NCBI GenBank assembly: GCA_040400605.1
Contig: JBBAPZ010000006.1
Coordinates: forward strand, 2,908 to 66,907
Direction of reading: 5' to 3'
DNA: 64,000 bases
From: Candidatus Sericytochromatia bacterium
GTDB taxonomy: Bacteria > Cyanobacteriota > Sericytochromatia > S15B-MN24 > JAQBPE01
This document shows positions 1-9,937 of the stretch, one piece after another. How positions within the stretch are numbered: position 1 is the first letter of the stretch; each line of letters opens with the position of its first letter. The position numbers and the translations under genes are program-made. The notes under the pieces are model-generated. The model did no database searches, had not been told where the DNA came from, and worked only from the letters and a program-made list of their open reading frames with translations.

Positions 1-445
1 GGAGGGTCAAACGGGAAAACACGCGCAAGACATTGCCATCAACCGCCGCGAAGGGTAACCCGAACGCAATGCTTGCGATCGCCCCCGCCGCATAATCACC
101 CAGCCCCGGCAAGTGCCGCAACGCGTCATGCTCCGCTGGCAACTGTCCGCCGTGCCGTGTCATAACCAGCCGTGCCGCGGCATGCAAGTGTCGCGCGCGC
201 GAGTAATACCCCAGTCCCTGCCACATCTTGAGTACATCGGCTTGCGATGACTGCGCAAGCGTTGCAATCGTTGGAAAACGTTGCAAGAAGGCGTGAAAGT
301 AAGGAATGACGGTCGCCACCTGGGTTTGTTGCAGCATGATCTCAGAGACCCAGATGGCGTAAGGATCGCCGCAATCACGCCATGGCAAGTCGCGCTTGCG
401 CCGGCCGAACCAACCAAGCAAATCACGTTCAAAGGAAGCGTTCAT
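1..445 (-). CDS. mutY: A/G-specific adenine DNA glycosylase MutY, N-terminal part (5'-partial in window; gene continues beyond position 1)
   Basis: Reverse-strand frame from ATG at 445 is open to the window edge. Its translation MNASFERDLLGWFGRRKRDLPWRDCGDPYAIWVSEIMLQQTQVATVIPYF...WQGLGYYSRARHLHAAARLV...DGNVLRVFSRL matches the conserved HhH-GPD MutY N-terminus. The ORF track missed it because it has no in-window stop. The listed 160..432(-) ORF is a different frame of the same DNA. Confidence 0.8.
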   Translation of the reverse strand, partial: MNASFERDLLGWFGRRKRDLPWRDCGDPYAIWVSEIMLQQTQVATVIPYFHAFLQRFPTIATLAQSSQADVLKMWQGLGYYSRARHLHAAARLVMTRHGGQLPAEHDALRHLPGLGDYAAGAIASIAFGLPFAAVDGNVLRVFSRLTL

Positions 446-511
446 GCTTGAACCACATCAAAGAACCAAAAACCAGGCAGGTGCGATCACGATACCCTTC
501 AGCAAAGCGAT

Positions 512-2221
512 TCACTCCCACATAGGAATCGCCACGCCGCGCGCGCGCGCGGTCTCAATCGCTTCGTCATAGCCTGCATCCACATGGCGAATAACCCCCA
601 TGCCTGGATCGCTGGTCAATACCCGTTCCAGTCTGAGCGCGGCGGCGGGTGTGCCATCCGCCACGATGACCATTCCCGCATGCAACGAATAGCCGATGCC
701 GACACCGCCTCCGTGATGCACGGAGACCCACGACGCGCCACCCACTGCGTTAATGAGTGCATTGAGCATCACCCAGTCAGCGATCGCATCCGACCCATCG
801 CGCATGCCCTCCGTCTCACGATTGGGCGAAGCCACCGAGCCACAATCCAGGTGATCACGGCCAATGACAATCGGTGCCGACACCCGCCCATCGGCCACCA
901 TGTCATTGATGATGCGCCCCAGCCGCGCCCGGTCACCATAGCCCAGCCAACAGATGCGCGCAGGCAAACCCTGAAAATGCACCTGATCAGCTGCGAGGCG
1001 AATCCAGTGACACAATGCTTCATCGTCGGCAAATGCCTCTAAAATCACGGCATCGATCGCCGCAATGTCCGCGGGATCCCCCGACAAGGCCGCCCAACGA
1101 AAAGGCCCCTTGCCCTCACAAAACAACGGTCGAATGTAAGCAGGCACAAACCCCGGATAATCAAAAGCATCTTCAACCCCATGGTCCAATGCAACCTGCC
1201 GCAGATTGTTGCCATAGTCGAACACCACCGCGCCACGTTTTTGCATCTGCAGCATCGCTTGCACATGCCGAGCACACGCCTCACCAACCAACGCCTGAAA
1301 CAACTGCGGTTCGCGTGACGCCATCACCTGCGCATCCTTGATCCCCATGCCTGGCGGAATATAGCCCGTCATCAAGTCGTGCGCACTGGTCTGATCCGTC
1401 ACAATATCCGGAATCATCCCGCGATTCACCAACTCCGGCAAAATCTCGGCAGCATTTCCCACCAACGCAACCGACAAGGGCTCCCGACGGGCACGGGCCG
1501 CCATCACGCGTTCCCAAGCGTCATCCAGACTTGTCGCAACACATTGCACATACCCGGTCTCCAAACGACGGACAACCCGTGTGGGATCAACCTCAATCGC
1601 CAACACCACCCCACCGTTCATCGTGACCGCCAAAGGTTGGGCACCCCCCATCCCCCCCAAGCCTGCTGTCACAGTCAAGGTCCCGCGCAAATCACCACCA
1701 AAATGACGCTTCCCGACCGCCGCGAAGGTCTCGTAGGTTCCTTGTAGGATCCCCTGCGTCCCAATATAAATCCACGAGCCCGCCGTCATCTGTCCAAACA
1801 TGGTCAGCCCGCGAGCCTCAAGGTTCCGAAACTCATCCCAATTGGCCCAATGCGGCACCAGCAACGAATTCGCCAACAACACGCGCGGCGCATCGACATG
1901 GGTCTTGAAACACCCCACCGGCTTGCCCGACTGAACCAGCAAAGTCTCATCATTTTCAAGTTTTAACAGCGCTTTTACAATTTGTCGCAACGCATCCCAA
2001 TCACGCGCCGCTTTACCACTGCCGCCATACACAACCAGTGCGGTCGGGTGCTCTGCTACCTCCGGGTCCAGGTTGTTGAGCAGCATCCGCAAGGCCGCTT
2101 CCTGTACCCAACCCTTGCAATGCAACTGCTTGCCCCGTGGTGCACGCAACGGGTGCCCCGCTTCACCACGCAATAAACGCGGAACCCCAGTCTCTCCCGT
2201 ACACTCCATTGGAACCGTCAC
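512..2221 (-). CDS. hutU: urocanate hydratase
   Basis: 569-aa ORF with typical urocanase blocks ([10 protein letters not shown]..., [36 protein letters not shown]). Confidence 0.9.
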   Translation of the reverse strand: MTVPMECTGETGVPRLLRGEAGHPLRAPRGKQLHCKGWVQEAALRMLLNNLDPEVAEHPTALVVYGGSGKAARDWDALRQIVKALLKLENDETLLVQSGKPVGCFKTHVDAPRVLLANSLLVPHWANWDEFRNLEARGLTMFGQMTAGSWIYIGTQGILQGTYETFAAVGKRHFGGDLRGTLTVTAGLGGMGGAQPLAVTMNGGVVLAIEVDPTRVVRRLETGYVQCVATSLDDAWERVMAARARREPLSVALVGNAAEILPELVNRGMIPDIVTDQTSAHDLMTGYIPPGMGIKDAQVMASREPQLFQALVGEACARHVQAMLQMQKRGAVVFDYGNNLRQVALDHGVEDAFDYPGFVPAYIRPLFCEGKGPFRWAALSGDPADIAAIDAVILEAFADDEALCHWIRLAADQVHFQGLPARICWLGYGDRARLGRIINDMVADGRVSAPIVIGRDHLDCGSVASPNRETEGMRDGSDAIADWVMLNALINAVGGASWVSVHHGGGVGIGYSLHAGMVIVADGTPAAALRLERVLTSDPGMGVIRHVDAGYDEAIETARARGVAIPMWE

Positions 2222-2263
2222 GTTGCGTTCCTCCTTATGAAGGCGCCGCCTCCGTGCCAGCCC

Positions 2264-3232
2264 TTAAGCCGAATGACGCGCCGTTCCCCGTACATGCTCC
2301 GCCAAAATGCGAACGAGTTCACCGTTCAACTGCGTACCGGACACTTCCTCCATCAAGCGCAGTGCCTTCATGGCCGGCATGCCTGCCCGATACGGGCGGT
2401 CACTGGTCATCGCATCAAAGGTGTCAGCCACGGCGACAATTTGTGCCAATAACGGTATTTCATCACCCTTCAACCCGGAGGGGTAACCACGACCATCGAT
2501 CCGCTCGTGATGATGATACACCACCTCCAACACAGGTGCGAACTCTGCAACCGGTTCCAGGATTTCACGCGCGATCACAGGATGCATCTTGATATGCTCA
2601 AATTCATCATCAGTCAGCACGCCACCCTTGTTTAAAACCTCACGCCGAATGGCAATCTTGCCCACATCATGCAATGCCGCACCATGCTCCAAAATTGCCA
2701 TTTGACGCTCGTCCAGGCCAAGCCCTCTTGCCACCACCAAACTGAACGCGGCAACCCGAATCGAATGGCCCGCCGTATAAGGATCGCGCACCTCTAGCAC
2801 CTGCGCCAGCGAATCCACCATGGCAACGACGTCCTGCCGCACCCGGTCAGCCGCTCGCTGCCGCGACAAACGGTCACCCAAGACTTTGCTGACCCGCTCA
2901 AACTCAACCCAGAACGCCTCATCTGACCAGCCGCGCTCAAGCACCCCATCAGGCTGGCACGACTCCCTCAAAGACTGGCGCACGAAGCCTTGCGACTCAA
3001 CCGCCTCACGCGAGGCAAGCACCGCAAGCGCCCCGCTCAATCGCCTGAGTACCCCCAATTCATCGGGCTGGATCACCAAATCCGTTACCACGACGCGACC
3101 AGAAAGCACAGGATCTAAAACAGCCAGCGCATCAAAATCACAAACAATTCCCTCAAAGCCCCGCTGGGAGGCCAACGCACGCACCCGACCGCCGAAATCC
3201 AAATCCCGTGTGACAATCACGATCAAGGCCAC
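2264..3232 (-). CDS. HD-GYP domain c-di-GMP phosphodiesterase with degenerate N-terminal receiver-like domain
   Basis: HD motif (AALHDVGK) and HHERIDGRGYP signature of the HD-GYP family. It lies immediately upstream of hutU on the same strand. Confidence 0.8.
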   Translation of the reverse strand: MALIVIVTRDLDFGGRVRALASQRGFEGIVCDFDALAVLDPVLSGRVVVTDLVIQPDELGVLRRLSGALAVLASREAVESQGFVRQSLRESCQPDGVLERGWSDEAFWVEFERVSKVLGDRLSRQRAADRVRQDVVAMVDSLAQVLEVRDPYTAGHSIRVAAFSLVVARGLGLDERQMAILEHGAALHDVGKIAIRREVLNKGGVLTDDEFEHIKMHPVIAREILEPVAEFAPVLEVVYHHHERIDGRGYPSGLKGDEIPLLAQIVAVADTFDAMTSDRPYRAGMPAMKALRLMEEVSGTQLNGELVRILAEHVRGTARHSA

Positions 3233-3493
3233 AGACCATTTTCTCCAAGAAAAATGAGGGACAATCTTATTTTAACCTAAAAATAACGTTTTGACAATTT
3301 GATCTGGGGTCAGGTGAAGGATCCGGACCGGTTTTGCGGCCCCTGTTTTTGAAGGCCATTAAAGGGACACGAGTTGGCCAAAGTGGCGATCGTATATCCC
3401 TGCACAGCGGAAAGTGGCGTGGCGCCAAGAAAGTGGGCGACGGCACATGTCCTCGGTGTTATACTGGGCGGGTATGGTTGACGTTGCGAGGCA

Positions 3494-4396
3494 TTGAGGG
3501 TGACACATCCTATTGAAATGCACAATTTTTGGCAAGCTTGGCAAGGCTTGCTGGAGCGCCAGAACGAGACGATCAGGGTGGATCTCATCGGCCCTGTGTG
3601 TGAAGCACGTGCGTTCATCCGGGATTTGTTCCTGAGTGGGTGTCGGCACGTTGAGCGTTTCAACATTTATGGTTTTGCGGAAGCGTCACGCGCGCGGGGT
3701 GAGGTTCGTCTCGTATTGTTGTTTGCTGACAGTGATTGGTCAGATGTGATGTTAGCGGCGATTTCTGCGCATCCGAAGCAACGGGTATTGGTCATTGTGC
3801 CTGATTTGCCCCGGGATCGGCGGGGTGCCCGGATACGGGAGGCGGCGGCGGCGTTCGGGTTGAGCCGTGATCGCATCGTTGCGCCCTACGATCCTGCGCG
3901 CATGGGGCCGGAACTGGCGGAGGCTTTGGTGCGGTGTGTACCGGATGCGTTGTTCCCGCTGGGTCGTCAGTTTCCGTTTTTGCGTTCCAGTTGTGCCGGT
4001 TACGCAATCGGAGCGGCCGCCAAAACCAACGCGTTGGTCGGAGTCATTCCCATTCCCGGGGCGGATTGGCCCGTGATGACTGGCAATCAGGTCAAGCTGG
4101 TTTTGGATCTCGCCCTGATTTACGATCAACCGATGAACAAGGCCCGTCTGAAAGAAGTCCTGTCGGTGTTGGGTGGCGGATTGGCTCTGCGGGCCACGGC
4201 GCGGCAATTGGCGAAATTCGTGCCGGGTCCGGGTTGGCTGCTGGCTGGCGCCATGGGGTATGCGGGAACGCAAGCGCTGGGCCGGGCTGCCATCGCGTAT
4301 TTCGAGCGCATCGGGGATGGGGTGGCAACCGCTGTGGTTGAAGAATCCTATGGCAGTGGGGTTGTGATCGACACGGCAGCCGAAGAGGTGAGGTGA
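3494..4396 (+). CDS. DUF697 (YcjF-like C-terminal domain) protein, no recognisable GTPase P-loop
   Basis: C-terminal IPIPGADWPVMTGNQVKLVLDLALIYDQ resembles the DUF697 signature. Its stop overlaps the tsaD start by 4 bp. Confidence 0.45.
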   Translation: MRVTHPIEMHNFWQAWQGLLERQNETIRVDLIGPVCEARAFIRDLFLSGCRHVERFNIYGFAEASRARGEVRLVLLFADSDWSDVMLAAISAHPKQRVLVIVPDLPRDRRGARIREAAAAFGLSRDRIVAPYDPARMGPELAEALVRCVPDALFPLGRQFPFLRSSCAGYAIGAAAKTNALVGVIPIPGADWPVMTGNQVKLVLDLALIYDQPMNKARLKEVLSVLGGGLALRATARQLAKFVPGPGWLLAGAMGYAGTQALGRAAIAYFERIGDGVATAVVEESYGSGVVIDTAAEEVR

Positions 4397-5445
4397 GCGT
4401 CTTGGCCGATACGTGGATCCTTGGCATTGAATCGAGTTGTGACGAAACCGCGGTGGCGTTGTTGCGCAACGGTACTGAGGTCGTGTGTTCATTGGTCGCA
4501 TCGCAGGCCGCGGTGCACCGTCGATTTGGGGGGGTCGTTCCGGAGGTCGCTTCACGGCAGCATATTGAGAGCATCCATCCGTTGATCGCACAAGCATTGG
4601 TAGCGGGGGGCATTCAGCCCCGGGAGCTGGGTGCGATCGCAGCAACCTATGCGCCGGGTTTGGTGGGCGCGCTTCTCGTCGGGTTGGTCAGCGCAAAAGC
4701 AGCCGCGTGGGCACTTGATCTCCCGTTTATCGGGGTACACCATCTCGCGGCACATATCTGGGCCAACGTCATGGCCAATCCAGCGCTCACGTGTCCGTTC
4801 CTGTGTTTGCTTGTATCTGGCGGCCACACGGCGCTCGTTCGAGTCAAAGGCCCGCTGGACTATGACTTGCTGGGTGAAACCCTGGATGATGCCGCAGGTG
4901 AAGCATACGACAAAGTCGCGCGTTTGCTTGGATTGCCTTACCCTGGCGGACCCGAAATCGACCGTTTGGCTGTGCTGGGTAACCCCAAGGCATTCAAGTT
5001 TCCGAGGGCCATGCGTTATGACGGATCGCTCGACTTCAGTTTTAGCGGTCTGAAGACCGCTGTTCGTTTAATGGTTGAAAAGCATCAACAAGCACACATG
5101 CCCGTCCCGGTCGCCGACATCGCAGCCAGTTTTCAAGCTGCTGTGGTGGACGTATTGGTTGCCAAGTCAATCCAGGCTGCGGAACAAACCGGCATCACAC
5201 ATCTCACCATCGCAGGCGGTGTCGCGGCCAATTCCGCTCTGCGTTCACAAATGGCAGCCGCTTGTAACGAACGGCATTTGGCCTTGACCATCCCGCCTTT
5301 GTCGCTCTGTGGAGACAATGCAGCAATGATTGCAGGCCTGGGACACGCGATGTGGCGCCAAGGCGTGCGATCGCCCCTCTCACTCGGCGCGCGTTCCCGT
5401 CTGGCCCTGCCTTCATTGGCATCAGGCGACACCGACAAGCGTTGA
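4393..5445 (+). CDS. tsaD: tRNA N6-adenosine threonylcarbamoyltransferase TsaD
   Basis: GIESSCDETAVAL N-terminus, HHLAAH and GGVAAN motifs of the Kae1/TsaD family. GTG start overlaps the upstream ORF. Confidence 0.9.
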   Translation: MSVLADTWILGIESSCDETAVALLRNGTEVVCSLVASQAAVHRRFGGVVPEVASRQHIESIHPLIAQALVAGGIQPRELGAIAATYAPGLVGALLVGLVSAKAAAWALDLPFIGVHHLAAHIWANVMANPALTCPFLCLLVSGGHTALVRVKGPLDYDLLGETLDDAAGEAYDKVARLLGLPYPGGPEIDRLAVLGNPKAFKFPRAMRYDGSLDFSFSGLKTAVRLMVEKHQQAHMPVPVADIAASFQAAVVDVLVAKSIQAAEQTGITHLTIAGGVAANSALRSQMAAACNERHLALTIPPLSLCGDNAAMIAGLGHAMWRQGVRSPLSLGARSRLALPSLASGDTDKR

Positions 5446-5459
5446 TTGGTGATCAAGTT
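5439..5459 (+). repeat. short dispersed motif GCGTTGATTGGTGATCAAGTT (copy 1), overlapping the tsaD stop codon
   Basis: An 18-nt exact repeat of copy 2 at 22408-22428. It contains the inverted repeat TTGAT-N5-ATCAA and the palindrome TGATCA. Confidence 0.5.
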
Positions 5460-5570
5460 ATAGCCGTTGCTGAATGACACCACATCAGTGCCTGGTACCT
5501 TCAACTCACCACACGCGTTTTGGACCGAAACCAATGCGTTACCAGGATGACAGGTACGCGACCAACGCGT

Positions 5571-5987
5571 TCAAAGCCAACATAACCTCAAACAGACCCA
5601 CACCACCACACTGTTGAAGGCCACCTGATAACCACGATAAGCGCGAGAACCGTAAAGTTCCAATGGACCATCGTCACCGCTTTCTACGGCTTTTTGCAGA
5701 CGTTGCGCCGTAAACACCGATTCAAGCGATCCAAACAACAGTAAAATCGCCCAAGCCAACGCACCGTGATAGTGAACCTGTTTTAAAGGAATCGTTAGCG
5801 CAAACAGATACAACTGCATCAAACCAGCCAAAACCCAAATTTCGCGCAAACGCCCCACGCCCTCATCCATCTGACGGATGAGACGCGCCAACGCTTGGAT
5901 ACGGCCAGTCTCGCCAAACGACCACGCCAATATATTGAACGCTGCCAGGCTCGCGAACAAAAAGTTGATCACACTGAACCAAAACAT
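5571..5987 (-). CDS. hypothetical integral membrane protein
   Basis: 138 aa with four predicted hydrophobic segments and no recognisable motif. Confidence 0.4.
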   Translation of the reverse strand: MFWFSVINFLFASLAAFNILAWSFGETGRIQALARLIRQMDEGVGRLREIWVLAGLMQLYLFALTIPLKQVHYHGALAWAILLLFGSLESVFTAQRLQKAVESGDDGPLELYGSRAYRGYQVAFNSVVVWVCLRLCWL

Positions 5988-6041
5988 GATGCCACCTTAA
6001 AAAACGGACACCTCAATCCAAACATGGCGTGAGTATGCGTG

Positions 6042-6740
6042 TCAAAGTTGGCGAGTCAAGCGACGCTTGGGGACAAAGGCCAGCCAGGCTGCGCCGAAAA
6101 ACGCCAAGAGTGCGACAAGCGCGATAGCGACAGCGAAGACAATGGGGGGAACCAGACCGAGGGTCAATTCTTGGGACATGAGCTGGGCGTCTGTTACAAC
6201 CAGACCTGTTGACAGATGCAGCAAGGTTGCCAAGTCCCCGGTGGCATTGACGGATGTCCGCACCGCCAGAAACCCGAGAACGAACGCGCGAAAATAGCCG
6301 GTTGTAAACCAGCCGACCGCGGTGAGGGCGAGGCCCCACGATACGCCAACCATGAGGCCGAAAACATTACGGACGAACAGCAATGAGAACAGCATAAAAA
6401 AGCCTGCCAACCCGGCGATAATCCAGCCATCGTGTTGGCGCTTGGCGGAGGCGAACAGCAAGGCGCCACCCCAGACACAACTGCCGACGTAACCCGCCAT
6501 CAAGATGATGGCGCGGATGCCGCCTTGGGTGAGCGCCAGGCCACTGGCATCGGGACTGATGGTAAACTGAACGAGCCGACCGCCGGTCAGCAAGGCTGCC
6601 AAACCGTGACAGGCTTCGTGCAAGAAGGTGACGAAGAGTTGGTCCACCCACAGGTTGTGGCCACTCCAGGTCAGCAAGACACTCAGTGCGATGGCGAGCA
6701 CCAACGGATGTCCAATCGGCAAGGTAAGCAGTCGACGCAA
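6042..6740 (-). CDS. M50B-like membrane zinc metallopeptidase (putative)
   Basis: Polytopic membrane protein with an HEACHG (HExxH) motif in the first TM region, as in Peptidase_M50B-like proteins. Confidence 0.45.
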   Translation of the reverse strand: MRRLLTLPIGHPLVLAIALSVLLTWSGHNLWVDQLFVTFLHEACHGLAALLTGGRLVQFTISPDASGLALTQGGIRAIILMAGYVGSCVWGGALLFASAKRQHDGWIIAGLAGFFMLFSLLFVRNVFGLMVGVSWGLALTAVGWFTTGYFRAFVLGFLAVRTSVNATGDLATLLHLSTGLVVTDAQLMSQELTLGLVPPIVFAVAIALVALLAFFGAAWLAFVPKRRLTRQL

Positions 6741-6764
6741 GCAAGCCTCTTCTCAAAACCGTTG

Positions 6765-7559
6765 TTACAACCAGATGGGTTGCCCACGTTCCACAAAACC
6801 AATAAAACCCAGCGCCGCCGCGTCGACATCCGGCGCATGGTTGTAGTGCATCAAGCGTGTGATGCGTTTGAGTTCAGGCGTCATATCCCGCGCAAGCTGC
6901 GCAAGCGACGTATGCACCATGTGCGGAGCGTCAAACAATTGACAGTCTTGAAAAATGGCACGCAGGGGTTTACCGGTCGGGCCAAGCGCGGGCGGCAGGT
7001 ATTGGGTGTCTGACGAGTAGTAGATGTCTTCACCCAAAAAGAAACTGTAGCTGGGCTTGCCGAGCACGTGCAGGGTTGGTATGGGTGTCAAAACGGGGAG
7101 GCCTTCGAGTTCGAGATGTCCATCGTCAAGCAAGCGGTGGACGTCAAAATACGCATCAAGGACCACGCGATCGCCCTGCCCCGCAGGCGCGTTAACGCGC
7201 TCCAGACCACCGCGCAAGCCATGATCCCAGAGTTCCTCAAACAAGGTGTCTGGAAAAATGAGCTTTGGACGCTGCCGATACACGTAACGGTTCAACTGGG
7301 CCCATAACTCGAGCCCCCCCACGTGGTCGTCGTGAACATGGGTGATGAAGGCTGCCTGAACGGCTGACAGTTGGTCGGCCATCTTTAAGGAAGCGGCGGT
7401 TAAAGGACCGCAGTCGATCAACAGATTGTGCTTGCGATCAGTGCTTTCAAGCAAACAGTTGTTGTTCCCAAGTTCGGGACTCAATCCTCCGCCCACACCC
7501 ATAAACGTCAAAGAAAAAGTGGCTTGCATGGTCTCTGGCCATCCCTCATCAAGGTGCAT
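6765..7559 (-). CDS. MBL-fold metallo-hydrolase
   Basis: THVHDDHVGG (HxHxDH) metallo-beta-lactamase motif. Confidence 0.7.
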   Translation of the reverse strand: MHLDEGWPETMQATFSLTFMGVGGGLSPELGNNNCLLESTDRKHNLLIDCGPLTAASLKMADQLSAVQAAFITHVHDDHVGGLELWAQLNRYVYRQRPKLIFPDTLFEELWDHGLRGGLERVNAPAGQGDRVVLDAYFDVHRLLDDGHLELEGLPVLTPIPTLHVLGKPSYSFFLGEDIYYSSDTQYLPPALGPTGKPLRAIFQDCQLFDAPHMVHTSLAQLARDMTPELKRITRLMHYNHAPDVDAAALGFIGFVERGQPIWL

Positions 7560-7811
7560 GACCTCCCTATTCTACCATCGCCTCGCATGGCGTCCGTGAT
7601 CCATTTGGCATATGGGCACCAATCAACCCGTGACGCCCCATGATCGAACGCCGCACTGCTCCCCAACGGCCTGACACAAACGTCGCGTGCAAGATCTCGC
7701 AACTTCATTAACTGAACCACGCGTCAGAACCCTTGGCATCCGCATGCGATGCAGGTTTGTGTCTACGCACAGGAGGCTGGACGGTTACTCACCGGCAACA
7801 GTCGTTACCAA

Positions 7812-8273
7812 TCAACGCTTTTCGGTGTAGCCGCCCGCACGCAAACGTTTGGCCTCGTCTTTGGCCAATACGTCGCATCGCTCATTGTATTCATGACCTG
7901 CATGTCCTTTAACCCATTCCCAATGCATATCATGAACGCTCGCCGCTAAAACAAGCCGTTCCCAGAGTTCCCGGTTTTTGACCGGGTCCCCGGACGCTGT
8001 TCGCCACGCTCGCTTCTGCCAACCGTTGACCCACTGGGTCATGCCTTGTATCACATACTGGCTGTCACTGATCAGTGTCACCCGACAAGGACGCTTCAAC
8101 GCTTCGAGCCCAACGATCGCCGCCTGCAATTCGGCACGGTTGTTTGTTGACGCCGGCTCACCACCCGTGACGACCCGTTCTTGGCCTCGACACACCAAAA
8201 TGGCCGCCCACCCCCCGGGCCCCGGATTATCCAGGGAACAGCCATCGGTATAAATCACAACCTCGGTCAACAT
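7812..8273 (-). CDS. rnhA: ribonuclease HI
   Basis: IYTDGCS...NNRAELQA...DSQYV...WVKGHAGHEYNERCDVLA matches the RNase H catalytic DEDD core. Confidence 0.9.
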   Translation of the reverse strand: MLTEVVIYTDGCSLDNPGPGGWAAILVCRGQERVVTGGEPASTNNRAELQAAIVGLEALKRPCRVTLISDSQYVIQGMTQWVNGWQKRAWRTASGDPVKNRELWERLVLAASVHDMHWEWVKGHAGHEYNERCDVLAKDEAKRLRAGGYTEKR

Positions 8274-8413
8274 CCCACCTGATCCCTCCGCAATCGATTA
8301 TTGTGACCTCACGCGGCTCATTCGGCAAGCACCATCGCAAGCGTGGGGGCACGCAGCAAGCGCACCTGTCACGTCCCCCCCCCTGACAACCGGGAACGGT
8401 CAGGTGTCAGGTT

Positions 8414-8422
8414 TGCTATAAT
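8414..8422 (+). promoter_or_regulatory. extended -10 promoter element TGcTATAAT upstream of the DUF4177 gene
   Basis: TGCTATAAT at 8414-8422, about 40 nt upstream of AGGAGG (8451-8456) and a TTG start at 8463. Confidence 0.35.
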
Positions 8423-8462
8423 TGACCGCCATAGCCACTGGTTAGTAACGAGGAGGTTTGCA

Positions 8463-8768
8463 TTGCTTGACGCTTCAGAACCCATGTCTCCCATTCGGTT
8501 GGATGAGGATGACGAAGACGACATACAGGCGGGGGCGCGACCCGTCATTGTTGCTGCGGACAAGGGTGAACGTATCAATCCGGCTGTCGAATACGACGTG
8601 TTGACGCTTGGCGATCTGGATGCCGCTGCGCTCAAAACACGGTTGAACGAGTTGGGGCAGGAAGGCTGGCTGCTGGTTGGCACGAGTCCACATTTCGTGT
8701 TCCGCCGGAACAAGGCTCCCGAAAAGACCAGCCCCAAAAAACGGGTGGGGTTTGGCATCGACGCGTAA
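8463..8768 (+). CDS. DUF4177-like small protein
   Basis: YDVLTLGDLDAAALKTRLNELGQEGWLLVGTSPHFVFRR resembles DUF4177. The start is revised to the TTG 6 nt after the AGGAGG Shine-Dalgarno. The track start at 8343 has no SD, although its 5' end is non-overlapping intergenic. Confidence 0.5.
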   Translation: MLDASEPMSPIRLDEDDEDDIQAGARPVIVAADKGERINPAVEYDVLTLGDLDAAALKTRLNELGQEGWLLVGTSPHFVFRRNKAPEKTSPKKRVGFGIDA

Positions 8769-8884
8769 CGTCCAATCCGATTCAAGCCTTTGCGGTGCAA
8801 GTCACCGCGAAGGCAACGTGTGAGCCAGTCGGTTGAAGGAACCTGTGAGCGATCACTTTGCCAAATCATTGAAGGGCAGACGGT

Positions 8885-9925
8885 TTAGAAGGCGGCAGCC
8901 AGATATCCGACAACCTCAGCGCGATTGTTGGTGACGCGCGGGGCAACATGCTTCGCAAAGGCTTCCGAGTGGATCGGCGCCTCACCCACTTTTTCCAGCG
9001 CACGGTTCAGTGCCGGTGCGATGGCACGGTTTTGCCCGTCATTGACCTTGATGGCCCATCCGATGCCGCGGCCTCTCACCCCCCCCAAATGAACGGCTTC
9101 CCCTCCGATTTTCGCAAAAAAACGCTGGCCGTCTGTTTGCATGAGATCGGTATCAAGACGCCCCTCACCGGCGATCAAGTACGGGTGGTCAGCCATTAAC
9201 TGGCTGACATCGCTTAAAGCCATACCAAGCGCCCCCGGTATCGTTTCAGGAGCAGCCAAGCGTGCGGCGAAAGTTGCGAGGCCTTCCAGTGGCAAATGCC
9301 ACACCGGTACGCCGCATCCATCAATTGCAAAACTTAACTGTTCAGACGCCACATCAGCGAGTTGAAGCAACAAATCGCGGATCATCCGCTGCAACGGGTG
9401 CTCCGAGTCCCGGTAGGTATCCAAACACCACCCCATATGTGCGCAAACCGCCAACATGCCAGCATGTTTGCCTGAGCAGTTGCAGCGCAGTACACCAGGC
9501 GCTTCGCCCCGCCGAATCAAATCCTTGGCGACTTGTGAGTGATAAGGCGTGTGAACACCGCATTGCAAACGGTGCGCTTCGAGCCCACAGCGCGCCAACA
9601 ATTCATTCACTGCCGCCACATGCACATCTTCGCCGGAATGGGATGAAAGCGTGATCGCAAGTGCCGCGCCATCCAAGCCCCAACGCCTGGCGGCGCCCGT
9701 CAGCCACAAGGGCAGTGCCTGAAGCGGCTTGAGCGCGGAACGGGCAAAGACCATCGCGCTTGGATTGCCGCGGCAAAACAGGTGCTGGCCGGCCGTGTTC
9801 TTGATCAGCAAGTGGCCGACATGGACTGACTCGATCAGATCACCGCGACTTTGACAAGCCAGTGGTTCGGCCGCCAACAAGCCGCTTGATGCCAGCTTTT
9901 GTTCGGTTACGTCGTGTCCATCCAT
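8885..9925 (-). CDS. asparaginase-II family (PF06089-like) protein
   Basis: 346 aa with the NCSGKHAGML block typical of the Rhizobium-type L-asparaginase II family. Confidence 0.65.
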   Translation of the reverse strand: MDGHDVTEQKLASSGLLAAEPLACQSRGDLIESVHVGHLLIKNTAGQHLFCRGNPSAMVFARSALKPLQALPLWLTGAARRWGLDGAALAITLSSHSGEDVHVAAVNELLARCGLEAHRLQCGVHTPYHSQVAKDLIRRGEAPGVLRCNCSGKHAGMLAVCAHMGWCLDTYRDSEHPLQRMIRDLLLQLADVASEQLSFAIDGCGVPVWHLPLEGLATFAARLAAPETIPGALGMALSDVSQLMADHPYLIAGEGRLDTDLMQTDGQRFFAKIGGEAVHLGGVRGRGIGWAIKVNDGQNRAIAPALNRALEKVGEAPIHSEAFAKHVAPRVTNNRAEVVGYLAAAF

Positions 9926-9937
9926 GCCTTTAACTCC

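Noticed and set aside
160-432. ORF-track 90-aa minus-strand ORF
   Set aside because: It is an alternative frame of the mutY coding region. The frame starting at 445 is open to the window edge and translates to a clear MutY N-terminus.
584-4645. Numerous 60-300-aa ORFs antisense to or out of frame with hutU, HD-GYP and DUF697 genes (for example 584-1042+, 1379-1747+, 3752-4645-)
   Set aside because: These are high-GC read-through artefacts with Arg/Pro/Ala-rich, low-complexity translations, nested within well-supported genes.
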